From a virus: 64,000 nucleotides of DNA. This document shows, piece after piece, positions 1-7,989 of the stretch. Below the pieces are notes generated by a model. It was not told where the DNA came from and searched no databases. It was given only the letters and a program-made list of their open reading frames with translations. The translations under genes were made by a program, and so were the position numbers. Every line of letters starts with the position of its first letter. The first letter of the stretch is position 1. Location: positions 64,001-128,000 of the IMG/VR virus record IMGVR_UViG_3300032272_000003. One strand, 5' to 3'.

Positions 1-312
1 CTTTGGGGTCGGAAGGATTAATGCTTTACCGATAGCGTCATCACCCTGCATGTACATCTCAACGATTTGATGAGACACATTCTCCAAACGTACTTCTAGT
101 GTAGATGGGTGATCCAATTCACCCAGTATTGGGTGACCTTTTGCGGCTTCGTTTACCTTTTGCACTGCTTTTTCAATTTCAGAGCGGAGGTATTGACGGC
201 CATTGCGATTCTTCTTCTCAGATTCCATAAAGACGCCTTTGATATAGAGGTTTTTGCCCTCTTCAGTGGCTTCTGTTATGATGTTCGAGAAGGTCGTTTC
301 TGTTATAATCAT
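1..312 (-). CDS. gp21: Prohead core protein protease (T4 gp21-like), runs off window edge
   Basis: Own translation from ATG 312: MIITETTFSNIITEATEEGKNLYIKGVFMESEKKNRNGRQY...LGELDHP...ENVSHQI...IGKALILPTPK. Has the NRNGR and GELDHP motifs, SD GGGAG, a late promoter upstream, and follows the portal as in T4. Absent from the ORF track. Confidence 0.95.
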   Translation of the reverse strand, partial: MIITETTFSNIITEATEEGKNLYIKGVFMESEKKNRNGRQYLRSEIEKAVQKVNEAAKGHPILGELDHPSTLEVRLENVSHQIVEMYMQGDDAIGKALILPTPK

Positions 313-347
313 GATAAGAACTCCCGAAAGTTACAATTGTATACCTA

Positions 348-355
348 TATTTATG
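348..355 (-). promoter_or_regulatory. T4-type late promoter (CATAAATA) for gp21
   Basis: Intergenic match to the TATAAATA consensus, correctly oriented. Confidence 0.75.
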
Positions 356-374
356 CAACTCTCGGGATTATGGG

Positions 375-857
375 TTATTCGTCCCCTTTATCGCTGTCAT
401 CATTACCGGCATCATCATCGGCACCTTTATCATCAGAACCGTCGTCATCACCGTCTCTGTCTAGCTTATCGCCGTCATCGTCATCGGCATCGCCGTCATC
501 TAGTATTGGTTTGGTGTTTACTGATTTGGCAACCTGTTTAACAACTGCTTGATGAATTGCATACTTAACAGCATCCTCATCACCAGCCACAAACATGTCA
601 ACTATGTTGCGGTCACCATCATCCTTATCATCATCCTTATCACCACCATCATCACCACCATCATCACCACCATCACCATCAGCGTCTTTATCAGCGTCTT
701 TATCAGCGTCTTTATCAGCTTTATCATCAGCTTTGTCGGTGTCTTTATCCAACCCCTTTTCAAGGTCGTTTAATTCGTCGAGAAGGGTATTACGACGCTT
801 CTCTAATTCGTCTTTGTCTTTGTCTTTGTCTTTGTCTTTGTCTTTGTTATCAGCCAT
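375..857 (-). CDS. Highly acidic low-complexity protein, probable prohead core component (gp67/gp68 position)
   Basis: D/K-rich with (DK)n and DADK repeats; SD AAAGGAG; lies between portal and protease. Confidence 0.7.
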   Translation of the reverse strand: MADNKDKDKDKDKDKDELEKRRNTLLDELNDLEKGLDKDTDKADDKADKDADKDADKDADGDGGDDGGDDGGDKDDDKDDGDRNIVDMFVAGDEDAVKYAIHQAVVKQVAKSVNTKPILDDGDADDDDGDKLDRDGDDDGSDDKGADDDAGNDDSDKGDE

Positions 858-890
858 GTCATCTCCTTTTAAATGTCACTTGTTACTTAC

Positions 891-898
891 TATTTATA
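891..898 (-). promoter_or_regulatory. Late promoter TATAAATA
   Basis: Exact consensus at the portal stop, upstream of 375..857. Confidence 0.8.
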
Positions 899-2501
899 CC
901 TCTTCCGGGGCGGGTTCCTCTTCAGCCCTTGGGGCCGGTGCTTCTGCTGGGGCGGCATTAGTTTCATCTGGTGGTTGTACTTCACCACCATCATCACCAC
1001 CAAAGCCACCAGCATTTGCTAAATCGCCTTGCTTGTCTTTATCCAAGTCATTTCGTGCCAAGCTGCCGTCGCCATAGACTGCATTGACTATCTGTTCATC
1101 AGATAGGTCATCATATACCAGACCCATTTCCTGAATCTTCTTCATCTCATTCTCTTCCAGCTCATCATGGGTCAATCCCAGGTACTTCATGAGTGCGAAT
1201 CTCTTGGAAAGAGTGTCAATGGCCTCTGCACTACTATAAACATTGAGCAATGCTGCATTCAATTCCGCTTCTTTATATATAGCGAAGGACTGTGGTAATG
1301 CAATTCGTAGGAACATGTTTGTATCGATGACAACTTCACGCTGGATAGCGTACCTAGCATAATCGACCTCTAATTCCTTAGCAAACATCTTCTGAAGACG
1401 CTTGACGTAACCGGCATAGCGAAGTTCCACTATGTAGGCGGTACCAAGACGGCCATCGTTGTGTGTTCCGCCATCACGACCTTCACTGAAGGTGTCCAGG
1501 TAGCTTGGTGGTATACGTAGTCCAGTGGCAAGTCTCTTGTTGAAGAACTCAAGTTCCTCCATCTGTCCGAGGTTGGCACCACCAGGTAATGTCTCAATAC
1601 GTGATCCTCTACCTTCACCATTCTGGGCGATGTAAAAATCTTCCTGTATGTTGGCAGGGTTGTAAGTGGTATCCACGTCACCACTACCGCCTTTGGCGAT
1701 CTGGCGTTGTTTCATGTCACGCTTGATCTGATTCATGTAGGCTTTAGCCTTCTTGGAAGGCTGATCACCGATATCTATATAGAATACACGACGCTCTGGA
1801 GCACGAACGATACGGTAGATGACCAGAGCATCTTCTAGTAGTTGGTACTGTTTCCAAATACGATGTACTTCATCGAGTACTGATTTGCCGAATGGGCCTT
1901 CGCCAACTTTCAGGATAACCAGTTTATCGATTGGGATAGCTTCAATCTCCGGGTCACCATTATTTTGCTTCTTACCCAGGTCCAACATGTAATGAGTGAT
2001 AGAATCAACATCATTCTCATCCTTCAGCTTATAACCGACAATCTTACGAGCATCTATCTTCTTCCACGACCCGTTTTTAGGTTTACGTTCAAACATAACC
2101 ATACCGTACTTGATGGCTTCACGAGACCAATCAAAGAATCTATGGTCAAGCTTAGTTGCCTTAGTCCAATGTCTCAGGGTACGATTGTGAATCTTGAGAG
2201 TAGATGCCTTTGGTTCATAATCATCAGGGAAATCGATGATGAGTGCATTATCATCATCTGCATTATCAGATGCAATATCTTCTGCAATAATATCCAGGGC
2301 ACGAGAGATATCCATAGAGGTATCCATCCTGTCATATATTTCTAACTTCTCTGGACGCTTATCCGCCATTTGTACCAGCTTGTCAAACCAAGCTGAGTTG
2401 CTATGGTTCGAGGCCATACCAGTACCACGGCCTTTACCGAGTCTAAACCCAACATCGACGGGCTTCCATGTCTTCTCGTACCAACCTTTTGATTCTGCCA
2501 T
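894..2501 (-). CDS. gp20: Portal vertex protein
   Basis: LLEDALVIYRIVRAPERRVFYIDIG and GSRIETLPGG signature motifs. Confidence 0.97.
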   Translation of the reverse strand: MAESKGWYEKTWKPVDVGFRLGKGRGTGMASNHSNSAWFDKLVQMADKRPEKLEIYDRMDTSMDISRALDIIAEDIASDNADDDNALIIDFPDDYEPKASTLKIHNRTLRHWTKATKLDHRFFDWSREAIKYGMVMFERKPKNGSWKKIDARKIVGYKLKDENDVDSITHYMLDLGKKQNNGDPEIEAIPIDKLVILKVGEGPFGKSVLDEVHRIWKQYQLLEDALVIYRIVRAPERRVFYIDIGDQPSKKAKAYMNQIKRDMKQRQIAKGGSGDVDTTYNPANIQEDFYIAQNGEGRGSRIETLPGGANLGQMEELEFFNKRLATGLRIPPSYLDTFSEGRDGGTHNDGRLGTAYIVELRYAGYVKRLQKMFAKELEVDYARYAIQREVVIDTNMFLRIALPQSFAIYKEAELNAALLNVYSSAEAIDTLSKRFALMKYLGLTHDELEENEMKKIQEMGLVYDDLSDEQIVNAVYGDGSLARNDLDKDKQGDLANAGGFGGDDGGEVQPPDETNAAPAEAPAPRAEEEPAPEEV

Positions 2502-2526
2502 TTGTTAATCCTTAATCGTTATCATG

Positions 2527-2534
2527 TATTTATA
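2527..2534 (-). promoter_or_regulatory. Late promoter TATAAATA for portal
   Basis: Exact consensus, intergenic. Confidence 0.8.
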
Positions 2535-2544
2535 CGTGTTAAAA

Positions 2545-3051
2545 TCAAGCCTTGGTCTTGGCTCGGATGGTAATACGTATATTGTCACCAGTGTCACGGT
2601 TCTCCATGTTCACTATGGTCAATGGGGCTTTGTGGTGTAATCTAATCTCTCGTTCGAACTCACCACGGACGGGGATCATGTTCAGTGCCAGGGTAGTGAA
2701 CATATCAATACTTGTGATCGGTACCATGGCACTTAGTGACCAGTCATCATCAAACGGATTCTTGTTTCTGAATGATATCTCAGAACCTTTCTCGGCCACC
2801 CATGAGGTTCCCATGTGGTTCTTCTTGCTCTCGACTATCTTGGTAGGGTCATCACCACTAAAGACGCTAATAGAGCGGTACAGGAGGTTCATTGATCCCT
2901 TTAGAGACCTGGCAAGGTCTGCTGCCTTCCTGGTAAACAATCGCAAGTCAACATCGCTCGCTTTAAAGTCTTTATGCCGGGTAGTGTTCAACCAGTACTC
3001 AAAATCCTCTTGGTTAAGGCTCACACCTTCGAATAGGTCGTCGATCTTCAT
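2545..3051 (-). CDS. Hypothetical protein, ADP-ribosyltransferase-like (R-S-E) candidate
   Basis: LLYRSI / GTSW / FEREIRL motifs in ART order; MKIDDLFE N-terminus. Confidence 0.5.
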   Translation of the reverse strand: MKIDDLFEGVSLNQEDFEYWLNTTRHKDFKASDVDLRLFTRKAADLARSLKGSMNLLYRSISVFSGDDPTKIVESKKNHMGTSWVAEKGSEISFRNKNPFDDDWSLSAMVPITSIDMFTTLALNMIPVRGEFEREIRLHHKAPLTIVNMENRDTGDNIRITIRAKTKA

Positions 3052-3566
3052 TACTTCTTAAGTCCTTGCTTGTGAATACTAGTGAACGGGCTTGACTCTT
3101 TCGCTACCGATGGCCATCCTATAAGTGGAATTGGTGACTCTATGACACCTAATAAAATGATCTTGTATCGACGTATGGCTCCGTACATCTGTGGAAATGC
3201 TTTTACAACCGCTCTGTAATCTACCAGGAGAGGCTTTCGCTGCTTGATGCGGGGCTTGTTAGACTGAAGGATGAAGTCGAGTACACCACGTCTTATATTC
3301 GTCGGTACATATCTCAGGTTGAACGCCATCACAGTGTTGTACTTGGATTCGAAAGCGAATGTTAATATCAGTGGTGTTGGGTCAGTATCAAACCCAGCAT
3401 ATACTGCCCTGGCCAGGTTCCCGATGATAAGGGGTTTCTTCTTCTTCTTTTGATATTCTTTGGAATGATATAAATCAACGTTGAGTGTACCTATACCTAC
3501 CTTGATGGTAGATTCGATTTTATCGTAGAGTTGATCCACATTTCCTCTGTTGGTTACTGTAGCCAT
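3051..3566 (-). CDS. gp2: DNA end protector protein (T4 gp2-like)
   Basis: FDTDPTPLIL, AFNLRYVP..IR and AIRRY motifs resemble the gp2 family; late promoter upstream. Confidence 0.7.
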   Translation of the reverse strand: MATVTNRGNVDQLYDKIESTIKVGIGTLNVDLYHSKEYQKKKKKPLIIGNLARAVYAGFDTDPTPLILTFAFESKYNTVMAFNLRYVPTNIRRGVLDFILQSNKPRIKQRKPLLVDYRAVVKAFPQMYGAIRRYKIILLGVIESPIPLIGWPSVAKESSPFTSIHKQGLKK

Positions 3567-3571
3567 GAGTA

Positions 3572-3579
3572 TATTTATA
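3572..3579 (-). promoter_or_regulatory. Late promoter TATAAATA, 5 nt before ATG (leaderless)
   Basis: TATAAATA-TACTC-ATG. Confidence 0.8.
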
Positions 3580-3670
3580 GCAGTTAGAAAGTGGGATGTT
3601 ATTCAAAATGATGTATAAACATTTGTTTATGGTTACCATAAGTAATCATTATACAAATAGTTCAAAATCA

Positions 3671-3726
3671 AGGGAACTAAGTAGTTCTAAAAGTGGTCAA
3701 AATACATGACCCCTAGGGGGAATATT
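3671..3726. repeat. 56-bp element, perfect inverted copy at 51902..51957
   Basis: Direct base comparison gives 56/56; contains the CCCCTAGGGG palindrome and a GAACTA-AG-TAGTTC hairpin. Confidence 0.95.
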
Positions 3727-3750
3727 AACAAATCCTCTAAAATTACCTGT

Positions 3751-3782
3751 TGTATGATGCGAAGCGTAGCGAGTATCATACA
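3751..3782. other. Hairpin with GCGAAGC/AGCGTAGCGAGT loop, origin-like
   Basis: TGTATGATGC...GTATCATACA stem in a 400-bp AT-rich non-coding gap. Confidence 0.5.
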
Positions 3783-3972
3783 TAAATCTTGAGTTATTAA
3801 CTGTACGTATCATAGATATTTCAATTGTTATTATGATTTAAGGATTGTGTTTATAGATCGTGATGATTACTGAGAGAAAGTGAATCATAGAAGTTAGTAC
3901 TGCCGTCATTATGTCGTGAAACATATACCTTATACTTCTCTTTAATCATGTTCCAAAGTTCTTCTCCGCTAA

Positions 3973-4365
3973 TCATAGGGTTTCTGCCGACTTGTATAAC
4001 TGATAGTCATCATGTTGCCATAAAGTTAGGTAATCAGCACATAAGTAAGTTCCATTATAATCATATATCTCATAAGCTGTACCAATATATTCAATATTAG
4101 CAACCACCGCGATGTCAAACTCATCGGACATCGCATTGATCATCTTACATAGGTGTTTGTAATATTTGAATCCATCATCTGTCACCGGTATATATCCTAA
4201 GTGCCTACCCCTGTATATGGTATCATCCATCATGGCAGTGTTCTCTCTCCAGAAATCAATGATATAGTTCTCACCACCACCATTCTTGGTGAACTCATAC
4301 TTATGTTTGTGGATATGGGCCATGATTATTCTCTCGAATACTGATCTTGGAGGCATTTTAATCAT
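3973..4365 (-). CDS. Small hypothetical protein, W...YKA..L family
   Basis: Ends LWQHDDYQLYKSAETL; ATGA-coupled. Confidence 0.8.
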   Translation of the reverse strand: MIKMPPRSVFERIIMAHIHKHKYEFTKNGGGENYIIDFWRENTAMMDDTIYRGRHLGYIPVTDDGFKYYKHLCKMINAMSDEFDIAVVANIEYIGTAYEIYDYNGTYLCADYLTLWQHDDYQLYKSAETL

Positions 4366-4685
4366 AACATGGTGGCCTTATATAGGGATATTATATTCAC
4401 ATCAGTGGTTCTATAGAGGATTTTAAGCCTCTTACCGACTGCTACGGTGTTATATGCTATACCAATGGCATAGCACCCCTCATTGTCGAAATACTTCTCT
4501 GCTCTTAATATCGCATTCTTCAGATTATTAAGACTTATATTCTGGTTGATGTTATGTATCCATGTATAATGGTTATAAACATCGATGCATACGAGTTGAT
4601 GGCCATAATTACGTTCACTATAGATTGTCCTAATGGCATCCATAACAGCCACATAGTGTAGGTACTTGGTATGATATACGTTCAT
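4362..4685 (-). CDS. Small hypothetical protein, W...YKA..L family
   Basis: Ends IISLYKATML; ATGA-coupled. Confidence 0.8.
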   Translation of the reverse strand: MNVYHTKYLHYVAVMDAIRTIYSERNYGHQLVCIDVYNHYTWIHNINQNISLNNLKNAILRAEKYFDNEGCYAIGIAYNTVAVGKRLKILYRTTDVNIISLYKATML

Positions 4686-5029
4686 AATATCTGGGCCTTA
4701 TATCTGGTGATAATCTCAATGTCCTCTGACTGCCACACTTTATAGGAGACGATATCATCGATCTTTAGTGAGTCAGGTACAACCTTAGCAAACGGAGAAT
4801 ACGTCAAAGTTATCTGATATATTGGGGTGTCGTGTTCTGTGAAGTTCAAATATGTATCTGTGAGTAACTGAATGAGATTGGTATCCCACTCGAAAAAAAA
4901 ACACATGATATTAGCATCGGCGTCGATGCCCGTGACCATGAAGTTACCCGAGGACTCAGGGTCGATCTCCTGTTTCATATCCTTTAACAATAGGATCATG
5001 TTAATAAAGAAATCACTATATTCGATCAT
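4682..5029 (-). CDS. Small hypothetical protein, W...YKA..L family
   Basis: Ends VWQSEDIEIITRYKAQIL; ATGA-coupled. Confidence 0.8.
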   Translation of the reverse strand: MIEYSDFFINMILLLKDMKQEIDPESSGNFMVTGIDADANIMCFFFEWDTNLIQLLTDTYLNFTEHDTPIYQITLTYSPFAKVVPDSLKIDDIVSYKVWQSEDIEIITRYKAQIL

Positions 5030-5463
5030 AGCTTAGCTCCATAATATGATGTTAAAATATCATCATCCTTCGCCCTGGCAATCTCAAATGTGTTTTTTGG
5101 GAGTAAACGGACTCCTGTTTCGAAGTGACGTTGGTAATTATTGTTACGCTCTATATTGGGCATAAAAGAGCCAGTAGCAAAAGCAACAGCAACACCATTT
5201 AAGTTTTTTTTAGCTGACCACTCATATGATAACAGTTTCATCATCTTCCGATGAAACCAGGTATTATAAATATCAGACGCCGTAATACCTTCAATGATAT
5301 AACAATACACCCTAATTTCATTGGTGACAGTTTTAATCTCCATACTGAAATTGAACACATTAGTCTTCAGACACCCACCAACCATTACCATTGCCCGAGC
5401 CTTTAAGTACTCTGTCTTGATAACATCATTACCAACGGCGGTATAATGCTTTCTATCAATCAT
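5026..5463 (-). CDS. Small hypothetical protein, W...YKA..L family (divergent)
   Basis: Ends DDILTSYYGAKL; ATGA-coupled. Confidence 0.8.
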   Translation of the reverse strand: MIDRKHYTAVGNDVIKTEYLKARAMVMVGGCLKTNVFNFSMEIKTVTNEIRVYCYIIEGITASDIYNTWFHRKMMKLLSYEWSAKKNLNGVAVAFATGSFMPNIERNNNYQRHFETGVRLLPKNTFEIARAKDDDILTSYYGAKL

Positions 5464-6185
5464 AGCTTAGATGCCTCCCACATTAACCTGATAGAATCGT
5501 CTGGGTTGGTCCACACAATGGTATCACAATCTTTAATATCAAATTGACCTTTACCATCTTTCCGAACTTTCCATCCCCAATGGTCCAGGCGAATGTACAG
5601 CCTGTATATATTACTCACATATGCACCACGGATAATGCTTTCAATATCTTCCCCACCGAGTCTGTTCATGCTGCCAACCGTCTTGATAAACTTCATCCTA
5701 CCTTCAACAACATTCTCACCTAAAAATTCGAAGTGACGCTTGAGACCATTATAATCACCGGTGGCTTCTTTATATATGGCCCTTGCCTTCTTAAAGGCAA
5801 TTTCTACTTCCTTGAGGGTAGGTATTATTAATTTAACCGCCTCAGTAACGTGAGGTAGTGGCACCAGATCATCAATAATACTTTGTATTAGTTTTTGTCG
5901 GTGCTGGTAGGTGAGGTCACTCACTGATGAGTTGGAGATACAGACGGTGTATTTGTCAATTTCGCTCAGGTTTCGTATAGGTTGGAATTCTGGTGGGATG
6001 TCACAATGAGCAATGCGTTTCATGATCATCGTAGCGATACCGCGACTTGGTAAGGCACTAAGTTCGTCACGGATATCCATTATCTGCCGTGCCAATTCTT
6101 TGGCACGGGCCAGCTTCTCGGCTATCTTCTTCGCATGATCTCGAAGTTCTTCGATATCAACATCATTGATATCGAAATCAATCAC
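5460..6185 (-). CDS. Hypothetical coiled-coil protein with the family C-terminal tail
   Basis: Likely GTG start at 6185 after AAGGAG; ends VWTNPDDSIRLMWEASKL. Confidence 0.8.
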   Translation of the reverse strand: MIDFDINDVDIEELRDHAKKIAEKLARAKELARQIMDIRDELSALPSRGIATMIMKRIAHCDIPPEFQPIRNLSEIDKYTVCISNSSVSDLTYQHRQKLIQSIIDDLVPLPHVTEAVKLIIPTLKEVEIAFKKARAIYKEATGDYNGLKRHFEFLGENVVEGRMKFIKTVGSMNRLGGEDIESIIRGAYVSNIYRLYIRLDHWGWKVRKDGKGQFDIKDCDTIVWTNPDDSIRLMWEASKL

Positions 6186-6351
6186 CGATAAACTCCTTGA
6201 CAAGACGAAGAGCCTCTTCAGGATCATCATCGTCTTCAAGGGCAACACGAATCATGTCCAACATTTGAGATATGGTACCTGACTGCATGGATATCTGGTG
6301 CTGAAGTTCATCTATCTTCGATTGCATCATAATTGATTCTAAACTATTCAT
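6178..6351 (-). CDS. 57-aa hypothetical protein (below ORF-track cutoff)
   Basis: SD CAGGAG; MNSLESIMMQ...LVKEFIGD; first gene after a sigma70 promoter. Confidence 0.7.
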   Translation of the reverse strand: MNSLESIMMQSKIDELQHQISMQSGTISQMLDMIRVALEDDDDPEEALRLVKEFIGD

Positions 6352-6374
6352 ATCATTCTCCTGTGTTATGGGGG

Positions 6375-6403
6375 ATTCTATCAGTTTAAGATTGTTAAGT
6401 CAA
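6375..6403 (-). promoter_or_regulatory. Sigma70-type early promoter
   Basis: TTGACT-17-TAGAAT with TG extension, heading the 6351-3973 operon. Confidence 0.75.
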
Positions 6404-6910
6404 TTGCTCTTTGATGAAATCGATCTTCCAGACCCTGATAAGGTTCTCAAGGGAGATGATCATATATTTACCATACATCATGTAGGGACAATCAATGGTT
6501 TCGATGTCTGGTAGGAACTCATCGTCGGGGTTGATCACTGCAAACTCACCCTTACGATTGATTTTGAATAGAAGTAGGAAGTTTTTATTGACGAATTCTG
6601 AATCGCCTTCGTTCTGAGTAACCCATTTGTTGAATGTAGCGTCACCGCCCTGGAGTAAAAGGTGGAATCCTGGCTTATCAGCATAGGATTTACACTCTAT
6701 TAAGTAGGGGAAGCCCTGTGGTCCGATAATGTCACCAGAAAGAATCTCCTGGGCATCCTCTCGCAGTCCTGTAGCTCCAGCACGGTTCTTACCGCCAGTA
6801 TATGCTCCAGAGTTAGGGGTTCGTCTGAACTCTGCCTCGAATAACACTGTGAACCTCTTAGCGATGTCTAGCTCGAACCGATTGCCTTTCTTCTTACTGT
6901 TAACTCCCAT
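6395..6910 (-). CDS. Holliday junction resolvase (Hjc-like PD-(D/E)xK)
   Basis: NSKKKGNRFE, RRTPNSGA, GDI and IECK motifs. Confidence 0.85.
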   Translation of the reverse strand: MGVNSKKKGNRFELDIAKRFTVLFEAEFRRTPNSGAYTGGKNRAGATGLREDAQEILSGDIIGPQGFPYLIECKSYADKPGFHLLLQGGDATFNKWVTQNEGDSEFVNKNFLLLFKINRKGEFAVINPDDEFLPDIETIDCPYMMYGKYMIISLENLIRVWKIDFIKEQLT

Positions 6911-6928
6911 GGTGAATTCTCCTGGTAC

Positions 6929-6936
6929 TATTTATC
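6929..6936 (-). promoter_or_regulatory. Late promoter GATAAATA for resolvase
   Basis: Consensus variant upstream of SD CAGGAG. Confidence 0.7.
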
Positions 6937-6943
6937 ACATGTG

Positions 6944-6973
6944 GAAAGGGCCAGCCCAATGGCCAGCCCTTTC
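6944..6973 (-). terminator. GC-rich hairpin, probable terminator
   Basis: GAAAGGGC...GCCCTTTC arms; U-tract is weak. Confidence 0.55.
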
Positions 6974-7084
6974 ATTCGTCCTTGCTCAACTCATCTAGTT
7001 TATTGCTCTCGATCAGTCATAGTCCTCCTCCATGATACATCCCTGCCTTACGTTTCATTTGGACGCTGATGTCAATGAGCGGGG

Positions 7085-7092
7085 TATTTATA
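7085..7092 (-). promoter_or_regulatory. Late promoter TATAAATA with no protein-sized ORF downstream
   Basis: Exact consensus. Confidence 0.65.
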
Positions 7093-7153
7093 GTTATAGT
7101 CAGTCCATCGTCTTAGTCCTCCTTTAAAGGAATATCAAAAATATGTCAAAACC

Positions 7154-7182
7154 ATAGTACCACACGACACTGTTAAATACAA
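7154..7182 (-). promoter_or_regulatory. Sigma70-type promoter overlapping a divergent late promoter
   Basis: TTGTAT-17-TACTAT with TG extension; the + strand has GTTAAATA at 7172-7179. Confidence 0.55.
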
Positions 7183-7184
7183 CT

Positions 7185-7559
7185 ATGTTAACGAAAGAAG
7201 AAGCATATGACTATCGCCATAAAAAAGCAGTGTTTGAACGTGCTGTAGAAGAAGCCCTGGAGCTGTATATGTACACATTCAGAGAGGGTACTAAAGTAAC
7301 ATGGATTGATAATATTCGATCTGAATTAAATCAGCATATAATTGTGGCATGTAACCAACCAACAGAGATGATCTATTTACCATTTGAATGTTTGTACAAT
7401 GAGAGATGGATTGATCCTCTAATACTACAACAGATGCCACATATAGTGAGAGAGCGAGAAGTTCAGATTAAGATCGCCCAAACAAGAAAGGATTCACAGG
7501 ATGAAACCGATTATAAAACGTATCTCCACTTGAAAGAGATATTCGAACCGAAGGACTAA
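7185..7559 (+). CDS. Hypothetical protein (leaderless late gene)
   Basis: 124-aa ORF filling the gap; GTTAAATA-CAACT-ATG; no SD. Confidence 0.75.
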   Translation: MLTKEEAYDYRHKKAVFERAVEEALELYMYTFREGTKVTWIDNIRSELNQHIIVACNQPTEMIYLPFECLYNERWIDPLILQQMPHIVREREVQIKIAQTRKDSQDETDYKTYLHLKEIFEPKD

Positions 7560-7816
7560 AGCTTTTCAGCAGCATTTAATAACTCTGCCTCGTGTGTCAT
7601 TTGGGCATTACCGTTGCGGTACATCGTAGTGACAGTCTCCAAGACGACTACCCCATCACCCTTACACGTCCTACAAGGGAACAGTCTTCTGATAGTACGT
7701 TCCTCGAACACGTCATAATACGAACTGTCATCAACAGCTTTACCATTACATGTAGGACAAAGCACACGCTCTACTTTACATGATCCCTGCCCCCTGAGTT
7801 TTTCACCCCTTGTCAT
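7556..7816 (-). CDS. DnaJ-type zinc-finger small protein
   Basis: CPTCNGK and CRTCKGDG motifs. Confidence 0.7.
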   Translation of the reverse strand: MTRGEKLRGQGSCKVERVLCPTCNGKAVDDSSYYDVFEERTIRRLFPCRTCKGDGVVVLETVTTMYRNGNAQMTHEAELLNAAEKL

Positions 7817-7989
7817 AGCTTGAACTCCACCGGCTTAATTTCCAATCCAAACAGAGAATCTTCCTCTCTTAATTGTCTTTCGAGATCGATCATCTGGCCT
7901 TCATACTCACTCTTACCCATGATTTCTGTTTCATTGTCCATCTCATCATTATGGGTATAGTACAACACATATAAGGTATGCTTACTCAT
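7813..7989 (-). CDS. 58-aa acidic hypothetical protein (below cutoff)
   Basis: MSKHTLYVLYY...IKPVEFKL; ATGA overlaps at both ends. Confidence 0.7.
   Translation of the reverse strand: MSKHTLYVLYYTHNDEMDNETEIMGKSEYEGQMIDLERQLREEDSLFGLEIKPVEFKL

Larger units (their letters stand above)
6944..7148 (-). ncRNA. Candidate structured small RNA rich in AGGAGGA/GGA motifs
   Basis: Non-coding gap bounded by sigma70 (7154-7182) and late (7085-7092) promoters and a GC-rich hairpin (6944-6973); UCAUGG-AGGAGGA-CUAUGA stem-loop. Confidence 0.45.

Noticed and set aside
630-850. Short tandem repeats (TCTTTG)n, TCAGCGTCTTTA and CATCACCAC units
   Set aside because: Simply encode the DK/DADK/GDDG low-complexity tract; no unique spacers, so not CRISPR
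109-1077. Ser- or Ile-rich + strand ORFs (109..552, 254..541, 549..773, 595..1077)
   Set aside because: Antisense shadows of the Asp-rich 375..857 gene, gp21 and the portal; no SD or promoter
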